A stretch of 64,000 nt of DNA from an uncultured Collinsella sp. (GCA_902491395.1 CABUHO010000004.1:32049-96048), one strand, 5' to 3'. Positions 1 to 11,963 are shown, numbered from the stretch's first letter. Numbers and translations are program-made. The notes: a model not told the origin generated them from the sequence alone.

Positions 1-1
1 G

Positions 2-553
2 GCGATTCAGCTGCGTGCCGAGAACAAGGAGAAGACCGCCTATAACCTGGTGGGCTTCCAGACCAACCTGACCTTTGGCGAGCAGAAGCGCGTCTTCCAT
101 ATGGTGCCGGGCCTGGAGAACGCTGAGTTCTTCCGCTACGGTGTCATGCACCGCAATACCTTTGTCGACGCCCCGCACGTGCTCGATGGCACCTTTGCCG
201 TGCCCGGTACCGGCGTGCGCCTGGCCGGTCAGATCACCGGCACCGAGGGGTACATGGAAGCCGTGGCGACAGGTCTGCTCGCGGCGCTCAACACCTATGC
301 CGAGGCTATCGGTGCCGCGGGCGTCGAGTTGCCGCGTGTGGGCGCCCTGGGTGCGCTCGTGGGTTATGCGACCGATCCTGCCACCGTGGGCTATCAGCCT
401 ATGCATGTCAACTTTGGCCTGGTGCCGCCACTCGAGGATGGTAAGCGCCGCAGCAAGCGCGACCGCTACCAGGCCTATGCGGACCGTGCGCTCGAGGCCC
501 TTGATGCCTATTTGGCCACTCGCCCCGATCTGTTTGGAGGCGACCGGTCATAG
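2..553 (+). CDS. trmFO: Methylenetetrahydrofolate-tRNA-(uracil-5)-methyltransferase TrmFO, C-terminal part (5' end outside window)
   Basis: Frame from position 2 reads AIQLRAENKEKTAYNLVGFQTNL..., with RYGVMHRNTF, AGQITGTEGY and YQPMHVNFGL motifs; lies upstream of xerC as expected. Confidence 0.93.
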   Translation, partial: AIQLRAENKEKTAYNLVGFQTNLTFGEQKRVFHMVPGLENAEFFRYGVMHRNTFVDAPHVLDGTFAVPGTGVRLAGQITGTEGYMEAVATGLLAALNTYAEAIGAAGVELPRVGALGALVGYATDPATVGYQPMHVNFGLVPPLEDGKRRSKRDRYQAYADRALEALDAYLATRPDLFGGDRS

Positions 554-1470
554 CCTTTGACCTGTACGACACCGTCGACTCGTTTATCGCCTATATCTCA
601 CGTGTCGAGGGGCTTTCTCCCAACACGGTGACGGCCTATGGCTCGAGGCTGGAGCGCTTTGCTGCCTGGTGCGAGCGCGAGGATATAGATGCTTTCGCTG
701 CCGACGTGCGCACCATTCGTCGCTATCTTGCCGAGCTTTCGCGTGGGCAGGTGGCTCCCCGAACGCTTGCGGCGCATCTGTCGGCTATCCGATCGCTCTA
801 TCGATGGATGGCTGCCGAGGGGGTCGTGGAGGGCGATGTGGTCTCGGCAATTTCCTCGCCCAAGCTCCCGCGCGATCTACCCGGTGTGCTGACGACCCAA
901 CAGGTGGAGGCGCTGCTCAAGACGCCTGATACCTCAACACCCGCGGGACTGCGCGATGCGGCGATGCTCGAGCTGCTCTATGCCTCGGGCGCCCGTATCT
1001 CTGAGCTCGCAGCACTTAATGTGGAGTCCATTGCGTGGTCCGAACGCACGCTGCGCCTGTGGGGCAAGGGAAGCAAAGAACGTATCGTCCCTCTGTATCG
1101 TCGTGCGCTCGAGGCGACGCGTCTCTATATTGAGGAGGGGAGGCCGGAGTTGCTCGCTCGGGCAAAGCGCCGTGACCCCGCTACCGGGGCGCATCCGCTG
1201 CTTATATCGGCGCGCGGCAATCGCATGAGTGCCGCCATGCTCAGGCGGCGGTTCCATACGCTGGCGACACTTGCTGGCATTCCGGCCGACATCGCCCCGC
1301 ATGCGATGCGCCATACCTTTGCGACCGACTTGCTCGAGGGCGGTGCGGACCTGCGCTCGGTTCAAGAGCTGCTGGGTCATGCGAGCCTGTCCACGACGCA
1401 GATCTACACGCATCTCACGCCCGATCGGCTTAAGCGGGCCGTGGCTCAAGCTCATCCCCGCGGCGAATAG
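550..1470 (+). CDS. xerC: Tyrosine recombinase XerC
   Basis: RDAAMLELLYASGARISEL, GKGSKERIVP, PHAMRHTFATDLL and LLGHASLSTTQIYTH give the R-K-H-R-H-Y catalytic set. Homologous-looking sequence extends upstream of the GTG at 628, so the start is uncertain (ATA 550 or CTG 562). Confidence 0.88.
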   Translation: MAFDLYDTVDSFIAYISRVEGLSPNTVTAYGSRLERFAAWCEREDIDAFAADVRTIRRYLAELSRGQVAPRTLAAHLSAIRSLYRWMAAEGVVEGDVVSAISSPKLPRDLPGVLTTQQVEALLKTPDTSTPAGLRDAAMLELLYASGARISELAALNVESIAWSERTLRLWGKGSKERIVPLYRRALEATRLYIEEGRPELLARAKRRDPATGAHPLLISARGNRMSAAMLRRRFHTLATLAGIPADIAPHAMRHTFATDLLEGGADLRSVQELLGHASLSTTQIYTHLTPDRLKRAVAQAHPRGE

Positions 1471-1579
1471 TGGCTGGTCCGTCCCGCGCCGCACTCAGGT
1501 GTGTGGTTTTGATTGCGGGTTGGCAGGAAGAAGCATTCCTGCTATCATTCATCGGGTTGCTTCACGGCAACATGTTTTT

Positions 1580-1689
1580 ATCACGCACGCGCGGCTACTT
1601 CATACCGTGGTGCCCGGGCTTTGGTAGCACATGTCCGGGTTGGTTTTGGAGGATGACCCCGCGCGGAGGCAAACCACAGGAGGTTTAAC
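1580..1689 (+). promoter_or_regulatory. rpsB 5' leader (probable S2 autoregulatory element)
   Basis: ~110-nt GC-rich leader with pairing segments (cccgggct/gtccgggt, ggttt/aaacc) ending at the AGGAGG RBS. Function inferred from known rpsB leaders. Confidence 0.5.
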
Positions 1690-2418
1690 ATGGCTACCAA
1701 GATTAATATCCGCACCCTGCTCGAGGCCGGCTGCCACTTCGGTCACCAGACCCGTCGCTGGAACCCCAAGATGAAGCCGTTCATCTTCGGTGAGCGCAAC
1801 GGCATCTACATCCTCGACCTCAAGCAGACCATCCTCGACGCCGACCAGGCCTACACCTTCGTCAAGAACGTCGCCAAGGGCGGCAACGTGCTGTTCGTCG
1901 GCACCAAGAAGCAGGCTCAGGAGGCCGTCAAGAACGCTGCTGAGCGCGCCAACATGCCTTACATCAATCAGCGTTGGCTCGGCGGTATGCTGACCAACTT
2001 CGTTACCATCCGCTCCCGCATCAACCGCATGGAGGAGCTCGAGGCCATGGTCGAGGACGGCCGCATGGCAGTGCTCCCCAAGAAGGAGCAGGCTGTGCTC
2101 GGCAAGGAGCTCACCAAGCTCCAGACCAACCTCGGTGGCGCCCGCGACATGAAGGGTCTGCCCCAGGCTCTCTTCGTCATCGACACCAAGCGCGAGGAGA
2201 ACGCCATCAAGGAGGCTCAGCGCCTGAACATCCCCGTCGTCGCCCTGATCGACACCAACTCCGATCCCGACGAGGTCGAGTACGGCATCCCCTGCAACGA
2301 TGACGCTATCTCCGCTGTCACCCTTATGTGCGAGCTCATGGCTGACGCCTGCCTCGCTGGCTCCGGCAAGGAGCAGGTCTCCGAGGCCGAGATGGCCGCT
2401 GAGCCCAAGGCCGAGTAA
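1690..2418 (+). CDS. rpsB: 30S ribosomal protein S2
   Basis: [28 protein letters not shown] and [10 protein letters not shown] motifs; AGGAGG RBS. Confidence 0.99.
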   Translation: MATKINIRTLLEAGCHFGHQTRRWNPKMKPFIFGERNGIYILDLKQTILDADQAYTFVKNVAKGGNVLFVGTKKQAQEAVKNAAERANMPYINQRWLGGMLTNFVTIRSRINRMEELEAMVEDGRMAVLPKKEQAVLGKELTKLQTNLGGARDMKGLPQALFVIDTKREENAIKEAQRLNIPVVALIDTNSDPDEVEYGIPCNDDAISAVTLMCELMADACLAGSGKEQVSEAEMAAEPKAE

Positions 2419-2463
2419 ATCAGTCTTAGTTAATTCTTTTTCATCTCTTTGAAAGGAACCACA

Positions 2464-3333
2464 ATGGCCCAGATTACCGCCGCTATGGTCAAGCAGCTCC
2501 GCGAGATGACCGACTCCCCGATGATGGAGTGCAAGAAGGCTCTCGTCGAGGCTGACGGCGACATGGACGCCGCTGTCGACGTTCTGCGCAAGAACGGCCT
2601 CGCCAAGGCTGCCAAGAAGGCTGGCCGTGAGACCAACGAGGGCGCTGTCGCTGCGTTCGTCTCCGAGGATGGCAAGACCGGCGCTCTGCTCGAGCTCTCC
2701 TGCGAGACCGACTTCGTTGGCTCCAACGCCAAGTTCACCGGCTTTGCTTCCAAGGTCGCCGAGGTTGTCGCCACCACCGAGCCGGCCGATGTCGATGCTC
2801 TGCTCGAGAAGCCGATGGGCGAGGAGACCGTTTCCTCTGAGCTCACCGAGATGATTCACATCATGGGCGAGAACATGAAGATCTCCCGCTTCGCCGCCCG
2901 CAAGGCCGAGAACGGCGCTCTCGCTTCTTACATCCACATGGGTGGTAAGATCGGCGTCCTCGTCGAGTTCGCCTTCGAGAAGGCCGAGACTGCTCAGGCT
3001 GAGTCCTTCAAGGCCTTCGCTCACGACGTTGCCCTTCAGGTTGCCGCCGTCGCCCCGATCTGCGCTACCCGCGATCAGGTTCCGGCCGAGACCGTCGAGC
3101 ACGAGAAGCAGATCTACATGGCTCAGGCTGCCGAGTCCGGCAAGCCCGAGGCTATCCAGGAGAAGATGGCTGTCGGCCGTCTGGAGAAGTTCTACAAGCA
3201 GTCCGTGCTCACCGAGCAGGAGTTCATCAAGGACAGCTCCCTCACCATCAAGAAGTACGCTGAGCAGGTCTCCAAGGAGCTTGGCGACACCATTACCGTC
3301 GTTGCCTTCGACCGTCTGGTCCGTGGCGAGTAA
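2464..3333 (+). CDS. tsf: Elongation factor Ts
   Basis: MAQITAAMVKQLREMT..MMECKKAL and ELSCETDFV motifs; ATG at 2464 after GAAAGGA. Confidence 0.99.
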   Translation: MAQITAAMVKQLREMTDSPMMECKKALVEADGDMDAAVDVLRKNGLAKAAKKAGRETNEGAVAAFVSEDGKTGALLELSCETDFVGSNAKFTGFASKVAEVVATTEPADVDALLEKPMGEETVSSELTEMIHIMGENMKISRFAARKAENGALASYIHMGGKIGVLVEFAFEKAETAQAESFKAFAHDVALQVAAVAPICATRDQVPAETVEHEKQIYMAQAAESGKPEAIQEKMAVGRLEKFYKQSVLTEQEFIKDSSLTIKKYAEQVSKELGDTITVVAFDRLVRGE

Positions 3334-3356
3334 ATAAGCTCTTGTAGTTGGTAATG

Positions 3357-3392
3357 AGCAGGCTGTGGGTTTTACTCACAGCCTGCTTTTTC
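3357..3392 (+). terminator. Intrinsic terminator after rpsB-tsf
   Basis: agcaggctgtgggt-ttt-actcacagcctgct stem followed by a T tract. Confidence 0.85.
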
Positions 3393-3450
3393 ATGGCTCT
3401 TATCAGAGCCTTTGATATCATATTGAGAGTCTAATTAAAGGAGGATCGCT

Positions 3451-4173
3451 TTGTCCGACATCCGATATAAACGCGTGCTTCTTAAGCTTTCCGGCGAAGC
3501 ACTGATGGGCGATGGCCACTATGGCATCGACCCCAAGGTTACCGACCATCTTGCCAAGCAGGTCAAGGAGCTGCTCGCCGTTGGCCATGAGGTCGGCGTC
3601 GTTGTCGGCGGCGGCAATATTTTCCGCGGCATGGCCGGTGCTGCCGGTGGCATGGAGCGTGCTCAGGCCGATTACATGGGTATGCTGGCAACCGTTATGA
3701 ACGCGCTTGCCCTTCAGGATGCCTTCGAGCACAACGATGTTCCCTGCCGCGTTATGAGCGCTATCCAGATGAACGAGATTTGCGAGCCCTATATTCGTCG
3801 TCGCGCCATCAACCACCTGTCCAAGGGCAATGTCGTTATCTTCGCCGCCGGTTCGGGCAATCCGTACTTTACGACTGACACCGCCGCGGCCCTTCGTGCC
3901 TGCGAGATCGGTGCGGAGATTCTTATTAAGGCCACCAAGGTCGACGGTATCTACGACAAGGATCCCGTCAAGTGCGCCGATGCCGTCCGCTTTGACAAGA
4001 TTACCTATCACGAGGTTCTCGTCCGCGGTCTGCAGGTTATGGATTCCACGGCTACGGCACTGTGCCAGGATAACCGTATGCCGATTTTGGTCCTCAACAT
4101 CGATGGCGAGGACACCGTCAAGCGCGCGCTTTCGGGTGAGCCCGTCGGCACGCTCGTCTATCAGGAGGATTAA
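3451..4173 (+). CDS. pyrH: UMP kinase
   Basis: [21 protein letters not shown] and [15 protein letters not shown] motifs; TTG start after GGAGG. Confidence 0.98.
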   Translation: MSDIRYKRVLLKLSGEALMGDGHYGIDPKVTDHLAKQVKELLAVGHEVGVVVGGGNIFRGMAGAAGGMERAQADYMGMLATVMNALALQDAFEHNDVPCRVMSAIQMNEICEPYIRRRAINHLSKGNVVIFAAGSGNPYFTTDTAAALRACEIGAEILIKATKVDGIYDKDPVKCADAVRFDKITYHEVLVRGLQVMDSTATALCQDNRMPILVLNIDGEDTVKRALSGEPVGTLVYQED

Positions 4174-4175
4174 GC

Positions 4176-4712
4176 ATGGCAGAGAACATCACCGCCCATA
4201 TGGACAAGTCGCTCGAGTCCCTCAAGCATAACTTCTCCAAGGTTCGTACCGGCCGCGCCAATGCCAACATTCTGTCCGACATCACCGTCGATTATTACGG
4301 TGTTCCCACGCCGGTCACGCAGGTTGCCGCCGTCAAGACCCCCGAGGCCCACATGCTGCTCATCGAGCCGTGGGACAAGGCGCTCATCAATGCTATCGTC
4401 AAGGCCATCGGCGCCTCCGATCTGGGTATTACCCCCAACTCCGATGGCACCGTCGTTCGTCTTCCGTTCCCGGCTCCCACTGAGGAGCGCCGTCGTGAGC
4501 TCGTCAAGGAGTGCCGCGAGTACGCCGAGCAGGCCAAGGTGTCTATCCGTAACATACGTCGCGACTTCAACAATAAGCTCGAGCGCGATGAGGAGCTCAC
4601 CGAGGACGATGTCCGTCGCGAGCAGGCCAAGGTCCAGAAGCACACCGATGAGTATGTCGCCAAGGTCGAGGAGCTTCTGAAGGAAAAAGAAGCCGAGGTC
4701 ATGGAGATCTAA
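4176..4712 (+). CDS. frr: Ribosome recycling factor
   Basis: VRTGRAN, VDYYGVPTP and PTEERRRELVK motifs. Confidence 0.98.
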   Translation: MAENITAHMDKSLESLKHNFSKVRTGRANANILSDITVDYYGVPTPVTQVAAVKTPEAHMLLIEPWDKALINAIVKAIGASDLGITPNSDGTVVRLPFPAPTEERRRELVKECREYAEQAKVSIRNIRRDFNNKLERDEELTEDDVRREQAKVQKHTDEYVAKVEELLKEKEAEVMEI

Positions 4713-4713
4713 G

Positions 4714-5508
4714 GTGCAATACGACGAGCATAAACTGGTCGAGTACTTTGCCGACGCCCCTGCGGGCGTCGGTTTTTCCGACCTTGACCTCAATAACATT
4801 CCGCACCATATCTCGTGCATCATGGACGGCAACGGTCGTTGGGCCACGTCGCGCGGTCTTGCACGCACCGAGGGTCATAAGGCAGGTATCGTCTCGTTGC
4901 GCGAGATCATTACCGCCTGCGTGCGCCTGGGCGTCGACGTGCTTTCTGCCTATGCGTTTTCTACCGAAAACTGGAACCGTCCGCAGCATGAGGTCAACGT
5001 CTTGATGCATCTGTTTGCCAAGACGTTTATCGACGAGCTGCCGCTTCTGAAGCGCGAAAACGTGCGCGTTGTCTTTTTGGGCGACATTTCCGCGCTGCCC
5101 AAGAAGACCCGCGACGTTTTTGAACGCGGTCTTGCCGAGTGCGCCAATCACACCGGTATGACGCTGGCGCTTGCCGTCAACTACGGCGCGCGTGCCGAGA
5201 TTACCCGCGCTGTTCGTCAGATTGCACTCGACGCTGCCGCCGGTAAGATCGATCCTGCCACAATTGATGACGACATGGTGGCTTCCCACCTCTATACTGC
5301 CGGCCTTCCCGATCCTGAGCTTGTGATTCGCACCTCTGGTGAGCTGCGCCTTTCGAACTATCTGCTGTGGCAGGTGGCTTATTCCGAATTCTACGTCACC
5401 GATACCTATTGGCCCGACTTTGATCGTTGGGGCCTTGTCGACGCCATTTTGGCCTATCAGGGCCGTGACCGTAGGTTTGGTGGACTGAGCAAGACCGAGG
5501 AGGCTTAA
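4714..5508 (+). CDS. uppS: Isoprenyl transferase (undecaprenyl diphosphate synthase)
   Basis: IMDGNGRWA, YAFSTENWNRP and IRTSGELRLSNYLLWQ motifs. Confidence 0.97.
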   Translation: MQYDEHKLVEYFADAPAGVGFSDLDLNNIPHHISCIMDGNGRWATSRGLARTEGHKAGIVSLREIITACVRLGVDVLSAYAFSTENWNRPQHEVNVLMHLFAKTFIDELPLLKRENVRVVFLGDISALPKKTRDVFERGLAECANHTGMTLALAVNYGARAEITRAVRQIALDAAAGKIDPATIDDDMVASHLYTAGLPDPELVIRTSGELRLSNYLLWQVAYSEFYVTDTYWPDFDRWGLVDAILAYQGRDRRFGGLSKTEEA

Positions 5509-5510
5509 TC

Positions 5511-6425
5511 GTGTCCGATCGTCCCAAGGCATCTGCTCCCAAGACGCCAGTTTCCGCGGCGCCTGCGCGCAAGGCTGCCGCTGCGGGAGCACCTGCAGCA
5601 AAGAGCGGCACCGGTTCGTGGCTGGCGGGCTTTATTACCCGTGCCGCCGCCGGTATCGTCTACGCCGTTGTCTTTATCCTGTGCCTGGTTTTGGGTATCG
5701 TGCCCACGGCCATCTTTGTTTCTGTCATGAGCGGTCTGTGCTGCTATGAGTTTTTCCGTATGACAAGGCTCGATGGCAAGATGGCTAACGAGCGCATGGG
5801 TATCGCTGCCGCCGTACTCTTTCCGCTGTCGGCGTTGGGCGATTCGATGTTGCTGAATGCCCTGCTTTTTGCCTTAATGCTCGCTGTGGGCATTTGGTAT
5901 GTCTGGTCGCCGCGTACCCGCATCTCTGATGTGGCCGTGACGCTCATGGGTCCCATCTACACTGGCTTTATGCTGTCGGCTATCGTGCTGCTGCGCGATG
6001 CCGTGCCCGGTTTTGCCGGCGCCCTGCTTTCAGTGGGCGTTTGCGCGTCCCTTTGGGTCTCCGATTCGTTTGCCTACATCGTGGGCAGCCGTATCGGCAA
6101 GCACAAGATGGTTCCCAAGATCTCTCCCAAAAAGAGCTGGGAGGGGTTTGCCGGCGGCATCTTGGGCTCGGTTTTGATTTGGCTCATCCTGTGGGCGACG
6201 CACTTCTACAAGCTCAGCCTGCCCTATGCGCTGCTGTGCGGCGTGGTCGTGTCCATTCTGGGCGTTATCGGCGACCTTATCGAGTCGCGCATCAAGCGCG
6301 GTGTGGGCGTCAAAGATTCCGGCAACCTTATCCCGGGCCACGGCGGAATGCTCGATCGTAGCGATTCGCTTATCTTCGGCTGCATCACCGCGCAGCTGTT
6401 GCTGATGATCGGAGGCGTGCTGTAA
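5511..6425 (+). CDS. cdsA: Phosphatidate cytidylyltransferase
   Basis: Multiple TM segments; ISPKKSWEG and KDSGNLIPGHGGMLDRSDS motifs. Confidence 0.96.
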   Translation: MSDRPKASAPKTPVSAAPARKAAAAGAPAAKSGTGSWLAGFITRAAAGIVYAVVFILCLVLGIVPTAIFVSVMSGLCCYEFFRMTRLDGKMANERMGIAAAVLFPLSALGDSMLLNALLFALMLAVGIWYVWSPRTRISDVAVTLMGPIYTGFMLSAIVLLRDAVPGFAGALLSVGVCASLWVSDSFAYIVGSRIGKHKMVPKISPKKSWEGFAGGILGSVLIWLILWATHFYKLSLPYALLCGVVVSILGVIGDLIESRIKRGVGVKDSGNLIPGHGGMLDRSDSLIFGCITAQLLLMIGGVL

Positions 6426-7612
6426 TGTCCTTCCAGACGACGTATGGCCCCGATGGACGCCTTCGCGTTGCCATCCTGGGTTGTACGGGCTCTATCGGCA
6501 CCCAGGCGCTCGATGTGTGCCGCCAGCATGCCGATCGCCTGCAGGTGACGGCGCTGTCCGTTAACTCCAGTACCTCCGAGCTCGTTGCCGCTGCCCGCGA
6601 GTTCTCGGTTCCGGCGGTTGCCGTGGCCGCTGTCGATCATGGCGATGACGCCGTGCTGCAGGAGTTGCCCGAGGGAACGAAGCTCGGCGTTGGCGCGCAG
6701 GCGGTTTGCGAGCTCGCGCGTCGCGACGATGTCGACTGCGTGCTTGTCGCTATTGTGGGCGCCGCCGGTCTCGAGGCGAGCCATGCGGCCTTGACCTCGA
6801 ATAAGCGCCTTGCCCTTGCCAACAAGGAGTCCCTCGTCGTCGGTGGCGACTTGCTTATGCCGTTGGCGCAACCGGGCCAGCTTATTCCAGTCGACTCTGA
6901 GCACTCCGCCATTTACCAGTGCTATCTGGGGGAGAACCCGCGCGAGGCTCATTGTATTTGGCTCACCTGCTCGGGCGGTCCGTTCTTTGGCCGCACGCGA
7001 GACGAGCTCGATCGCGTGACGCGTGCCGATGCCCTCGCGCATCCCACGTGGGCCATGGGTGCCAAGATCACCATTGACTCCGCCACCCTCATGAACAAGG
7101 GCCTGGAGCGCATTGAGGCCATGCACCTGTTTAGCTGCGACCTCGATTTCATTAACGTGGTCGTGCAGCGTCAGTCCAAGATTCACTCTATGGTTGAGTT
7201 CGCCGACGGCTCCGTGATGGCGCATCTCGGTGCATCCGACATGCGTATTCCCATCCAGTTCGCGTTCTCGTATCCCGAGCGTTGGGATACCCCGGCGCCT
7301 CGTATCGATTTCCGCGAGCTGGGGCAGCTCACGTTTGATGCTGCCGACATGGATACCTTCCGCTGTCTGGCACTGGCCGAGCGCGCCGGCAAGACGGGTG
7401 GCACCATGCCGTGCGTGCTCAATGCCGCCAACGAGGTCGCCGTCGATGCCTTCCTGCACGATGGCTGCAGCTTTACCGATATCGATCGCATTGTGGAATC
7501 CTGCATGGACGCCCACGATATGCAGGCGGTCGATTCGTTTGAGCAGCTTCGCGACATCGATGCGTGGGCGCGTGAAAAGGCTGCGCAGGTGCTCGCCGCA
7601 ACCCGTTCCTAA
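6425..7612 (+). CDS. dxr: 1-deoxy-D-xylulose-5-phosphate reductoisomerase
   Basis: LGCTGSIGTQALDV, LANKESLV, PVDSEHSA and HPTWAMGAKITIDSATLMNKGLE motifs. Confidence 0.98.
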   Translation: MSFQTTYGPDGRLRVAILGCTGSIGTQALDVCRQHADRLQVTALSVNSSTSELVAAAREFSVPAVAVAAVDHGDDAVLQELPEGTKLGVGAQAVCELARRDDVDCVLVAIVGAAGLEASHAALTSNKRLALANKESLVVGGDLLMPLAQPGQLIPVDSEHSAIYQCYLGENPREAHCIWLTCSGGPFFGRTRDELDRVTRADALAHPTWAMGAKITIDSATLMNKGLERIEAMHLFSCDLDFINVVVQRQSKIHSMVEFADGSVMAHLGASDMRIPIQFAFSYPERWDTPAPRIDFRELGQLTFDAADMDTFRCLALAERAGKTGGTMPCVLNAANEVAVDAFLHDGCSFTDIDRIVESCMDAHDMQAVDSFEQLRDIDAWAREKAAQVLAATRS

Positions 7613-7637
7613 CCCATAAGGATTGCTTTTTCGTTTT

Positions 7638-8999
7638 ATGGATACTGTTCTGAGCGTTCTCTCATCGGTCTTTTGGGGCCTGCTGATGCTTTCCGTCCTC
7701 GTGTTTTTGCACGAGGGCGGCCACTTTTTGGCGGCGCGTGCCTGCGGCGTCCGTGTGACCGAGTTCTTTTTGGGTCTGCCGTGCCGCTTTGACATCCATT
7801 ACACGTCGCGTCGCATTGGAACCAAGTTTGGCGTGACCCCGCTGCTGCTGGGTGGCTACGCTGCCATCTGCGGTATGGATCCGACCGATGTCTCGTGCGC
7901 CGATCGCGTGCTCGCGGCTATCTATCGTCATGGTCGCGTGACCGTGGCCGACCTTGCTGTCGAGCTCGAGCTTTCCGAGGAGGATGTGCTCGAGGCTTGT
8001 GCCCTGTTGCTGGGCTGGGGCTCCATCGCACCCTGGTATGAGGAAGGGGAGAAGCCCTCGCCGAGCTACTATCCCACCAAGTATCAGACGCTGCCGCGAG
8101 ACGCGGCGGGTTACACCACCTTTGACGGCCGCCGTTTCGATCGCGAACATTCAACTGCCGAGGGCGATGTGTGGGAGCTGCCGTGCGGCGAGGCCGAGTT
8201 CCTTGCACAAGAGCGTTCGCACACCTATCTTGGCCAGGGCTTTCTCAAGCGCGCCTTTATGCTGCTCGCGGGCATTATTGTCAATATCTTGACAGGCTTT
8301 TTGCTCCTTATGAGCATCTATTCCATTGCGGGTGTCACCGTGCCGATGGATACCAACGTGATCGGTCAGGTTGACGAGGGGTCTATTGCCGCCAAGGCGG
8401 GTATCGAGGGCGGCGACGCGATCCTTTCGGTTGACGGAGTATCGTGCTCTACTTGGATGGACGTTTACGATGCCATCGGCAAGGCTGCCGGTAAGGACGA
8501 TATCGCTATCGATTACGAGCGTGACGGCAAGCAGCATTCGACCACGGTTGCGCTCAAAGAGGACGAGCGCCTAGGTGTGTATGCTTCTACGCAGGTGGTC
8601 CGTTTAGACCCCATCACGTCGGCTCGCCTGTCGTTCTCCTATGTCGTGCAGACAGCGGAAGGCGTGCTGCGCCTGCTCCAGCCGCAGCATACGATGGAGA
8701 TTCTCGATCAGTCTTCTTCGATCGTGGGTATTAGCGTTATGTCCTCACAGGCCGCTGCTGCCGGCCCTGCCACGTTCCTTTCGTTTGCCGCGCTCATCTC
8801 GTTCTCGCTGGGCTTTATGAACCTGCTGCCCATCCCACCACTCGATGGCGGCAAGTTGGTCATCGAGATCATTCAAAAGATTGCTGGCCGCGAGCTGCCG
8901 CTCAAGGTCCAGACGATTGTGAGCTATGTGGGCATCGCACTCTTCGCACTGCTGTTTGTCTATATGCTTCGTTCCGACATCCTTCGATTTATTCTGTAG
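7638..8999 (+). CDS. rseP: Site-2 (M50) intramembrane metalloprotease with PDZ domain, RseP/RasP
   Basis: HEGGH zinc motif, PDZ-like segment, NLLPIPPLDGG; lies between dxr and ispG. Alternative TTG start at 7623. Confidence 0.93.
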   Translation: MDTVLSVLSSVFWGLLMLSVLVFLHEGGHFLAARACGVRVTEFFLGLPCRFDIHYTSRRIGTKFGVTPLLLGGYAAICGMDPTDVSCADRVLAAIYRHGRVTVADLAVELELSEEDVLEACALLLGWGSIAPWYEEGEKPSPSYYPTKYQTLPRDAAGYTTFDGRRFDREHSTAEGDVWELPCGEAEFLAQERSHTYLGQGFLKRAFMLLAGIIVNILTGFLLLMSIYSIAGVTVPMDTNVIGQVDEGSIAAKAGIEGGDAILSVDGVSCSTWMDVYDAIGKAAGKDDIAIDYERDGKQHSTTVALKEDERLGVYASTQVVRLDPITSARLSFSYVVQTAEGVLRLLQPQHTMEILDQSSSIVGISVMSSQAAAAGPATFLSFAALISFSLGFMNLLPIPPLDGGKLVIEIIQKIAGRELPLKVQTIVSYVGIALFALLFVYMLRSDILRFIL

Positions 9000-9012
9000 G
9001 GGAGTGTTTGGA

Positions 9013-10095
9013 TTGTCTCTATCCCATTCTTTTCCGCGCGAGCTGACGCGCCCCGTGCATGTGGGCGGCGTGCAGATCGGCGGCGGCGCGCCGGTCGTGG
9101 TTCAGTCCATGACCTGCACCGATACCGCCGATGCTCAGGCAACGCTTGGGCAGGTTCGCGCGTTGGCGTGGGCGGGCTGCGGTATCGTGCGCGTGAGCGT
9201 GCCCACCGAGGCCGCGCTCGAGGGCTTCCGTACCATCTGTGCTGAGTCCCCGGTGCCGATTGTCGCCGATATTCACTTTAACCATAAGCTCGCCATCGGC
9301 GCCGTCGAGGCTGGTGCCTCCAAACTGCGCATCAATCCCGGTAATATCGGCGATTGGGCTAAGGTCGATGCCGTCATCGACGCTGCCGGCGCTGCGGGCT
9401 GTGCGATTCGCATCGGTGTCAACGCCGGCTCGCTTGAGCAGGATATCGCCGAGCGCGATGACCTTACGCAGCCCGAAAAGCTCGTGATGTCGAGCGAGCG
9501 CTTTGTACGGCACTTTGAGGACCGTGGGTTTACCAACATCGTGCTTTCCGCCAAGGCCCATAGCGTACAGACGACGCTTGATACCTATCGCGCCCTGTCG
9601 CGCGAGATACCGCATGTTCCGCTCCATCTGGGCGTGACGGAGGCGGGGACCAAGCTTCAGGGCACCATCAAGAGCTCTGTAGGCTTGGGTATCTTGCTTT
9701 CCGAAGGCATCGGCGACACCATGCGTGTGTCGCTCACGGCCGATCCGGTTGAGGAGCCTCCGGTCGCCTGGGGAATTCTACAGTCGCTGGGCCTGCGTCG
9801 CCGTGGTCCCGAGATTGTCTCGTGCCCCACGTGCGCCCGCTGCCAGGTTAACCTCATTCCCATCGCCGAGGAGGTCACCGAGCGGCTTAAGAACTACTCC
9901 GCGCCGCTTTCGATCGCCGTGATGGGATGTGCGGTCAACGGCCCCGGAGAGGCATCTGACGCCGATCTGGGTGTTGCCTGCGGGCGTGGTCAGGGCCTGC
10001 TCTTTTCGCATGGCCAGATCATTGGTAAAGTAGCTGAGGATCAAATTGTCGACGCGCTTATGGCCGAGGTCGACAAACTTATTGAGGAGAAGTAA
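9013..10095 (+). CDS. ispG: 4-hydroxy-3-methylbut-2-enyl diphosphate synthase
   Basis: VVQSMT, VADIHF, RINPGNIG, SCPTCAR and VMGCAVNGPGEA motifs; TTG start after AGGGGAG. Confidence 0.97.
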   Translation: MSLSHSFPRELTRPVHVGGVQIGGGAPVVVQSMTCTDTADAQATLGQVRALAWAGCGIVRVSVPTEAALEGFRTICAESPVPIVADIHFNHKLAIGAVEAGASKLRINPGNIGDWAKVDAVIDAAGAAGCAIRIGVNAGSLEQDIAERDDLTQPEKLVMSSERFVRHFEDRGFTNIVLSAKAHSVQTTLDTYRALSREIPHVPLHLGVTEAGTKLQGTIKSSVGLGILLSEGIGDTMRVSLTADPVEEPPVAWGILQSLGLRRRGPEIVSCPTCARCQVNLIPIAEEVTERLKNYSAPLSIAVMGCAVNGPGEASDADLGVACGRGQGLLFSHGQIIGKVAEDQIVDALMAEVDKLIEEK

Positions 10096-11817
<1,722 letters not shown>

Positions 11818-11847
11818 TCGACGATTTCGCTTGTAGTTCGATATGTG

Positions 11848-11896
11848 GGACGGCCCCGCATTTCTCCAGATCGGGGAGATGCGGGGCCGTCCTTTT
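11848..11896 (+). terminator. Terminator after proS
   Basis: ggacggccccgcatttctcc / ggggagatgcggggccgtcc stem followed by tttt. Confidence 0.85.
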
Positions 11897-11919
11897 ATCT
11901 TGTAGTATTCTTAATATCT

Positions 11920-11963
11920 AAAAGGAAAACCCCACAGCCCATATGAGCTGCGGGGTTTTCCTT
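11920..11963 (-). terminator. Terminator after the adhE-kinase operon
   Basis: aaggaaaaccccacagc / gctgcggggttttcctt stem with a T tract on the minus strand. Confidence 0.8.

Noticed and set aside
550..1470. Prophage or island integrase
   Set aside because: The trmFO-xerC-rpsB context is core, with no att sites or cargo. No dif-like site was recognised in the window.
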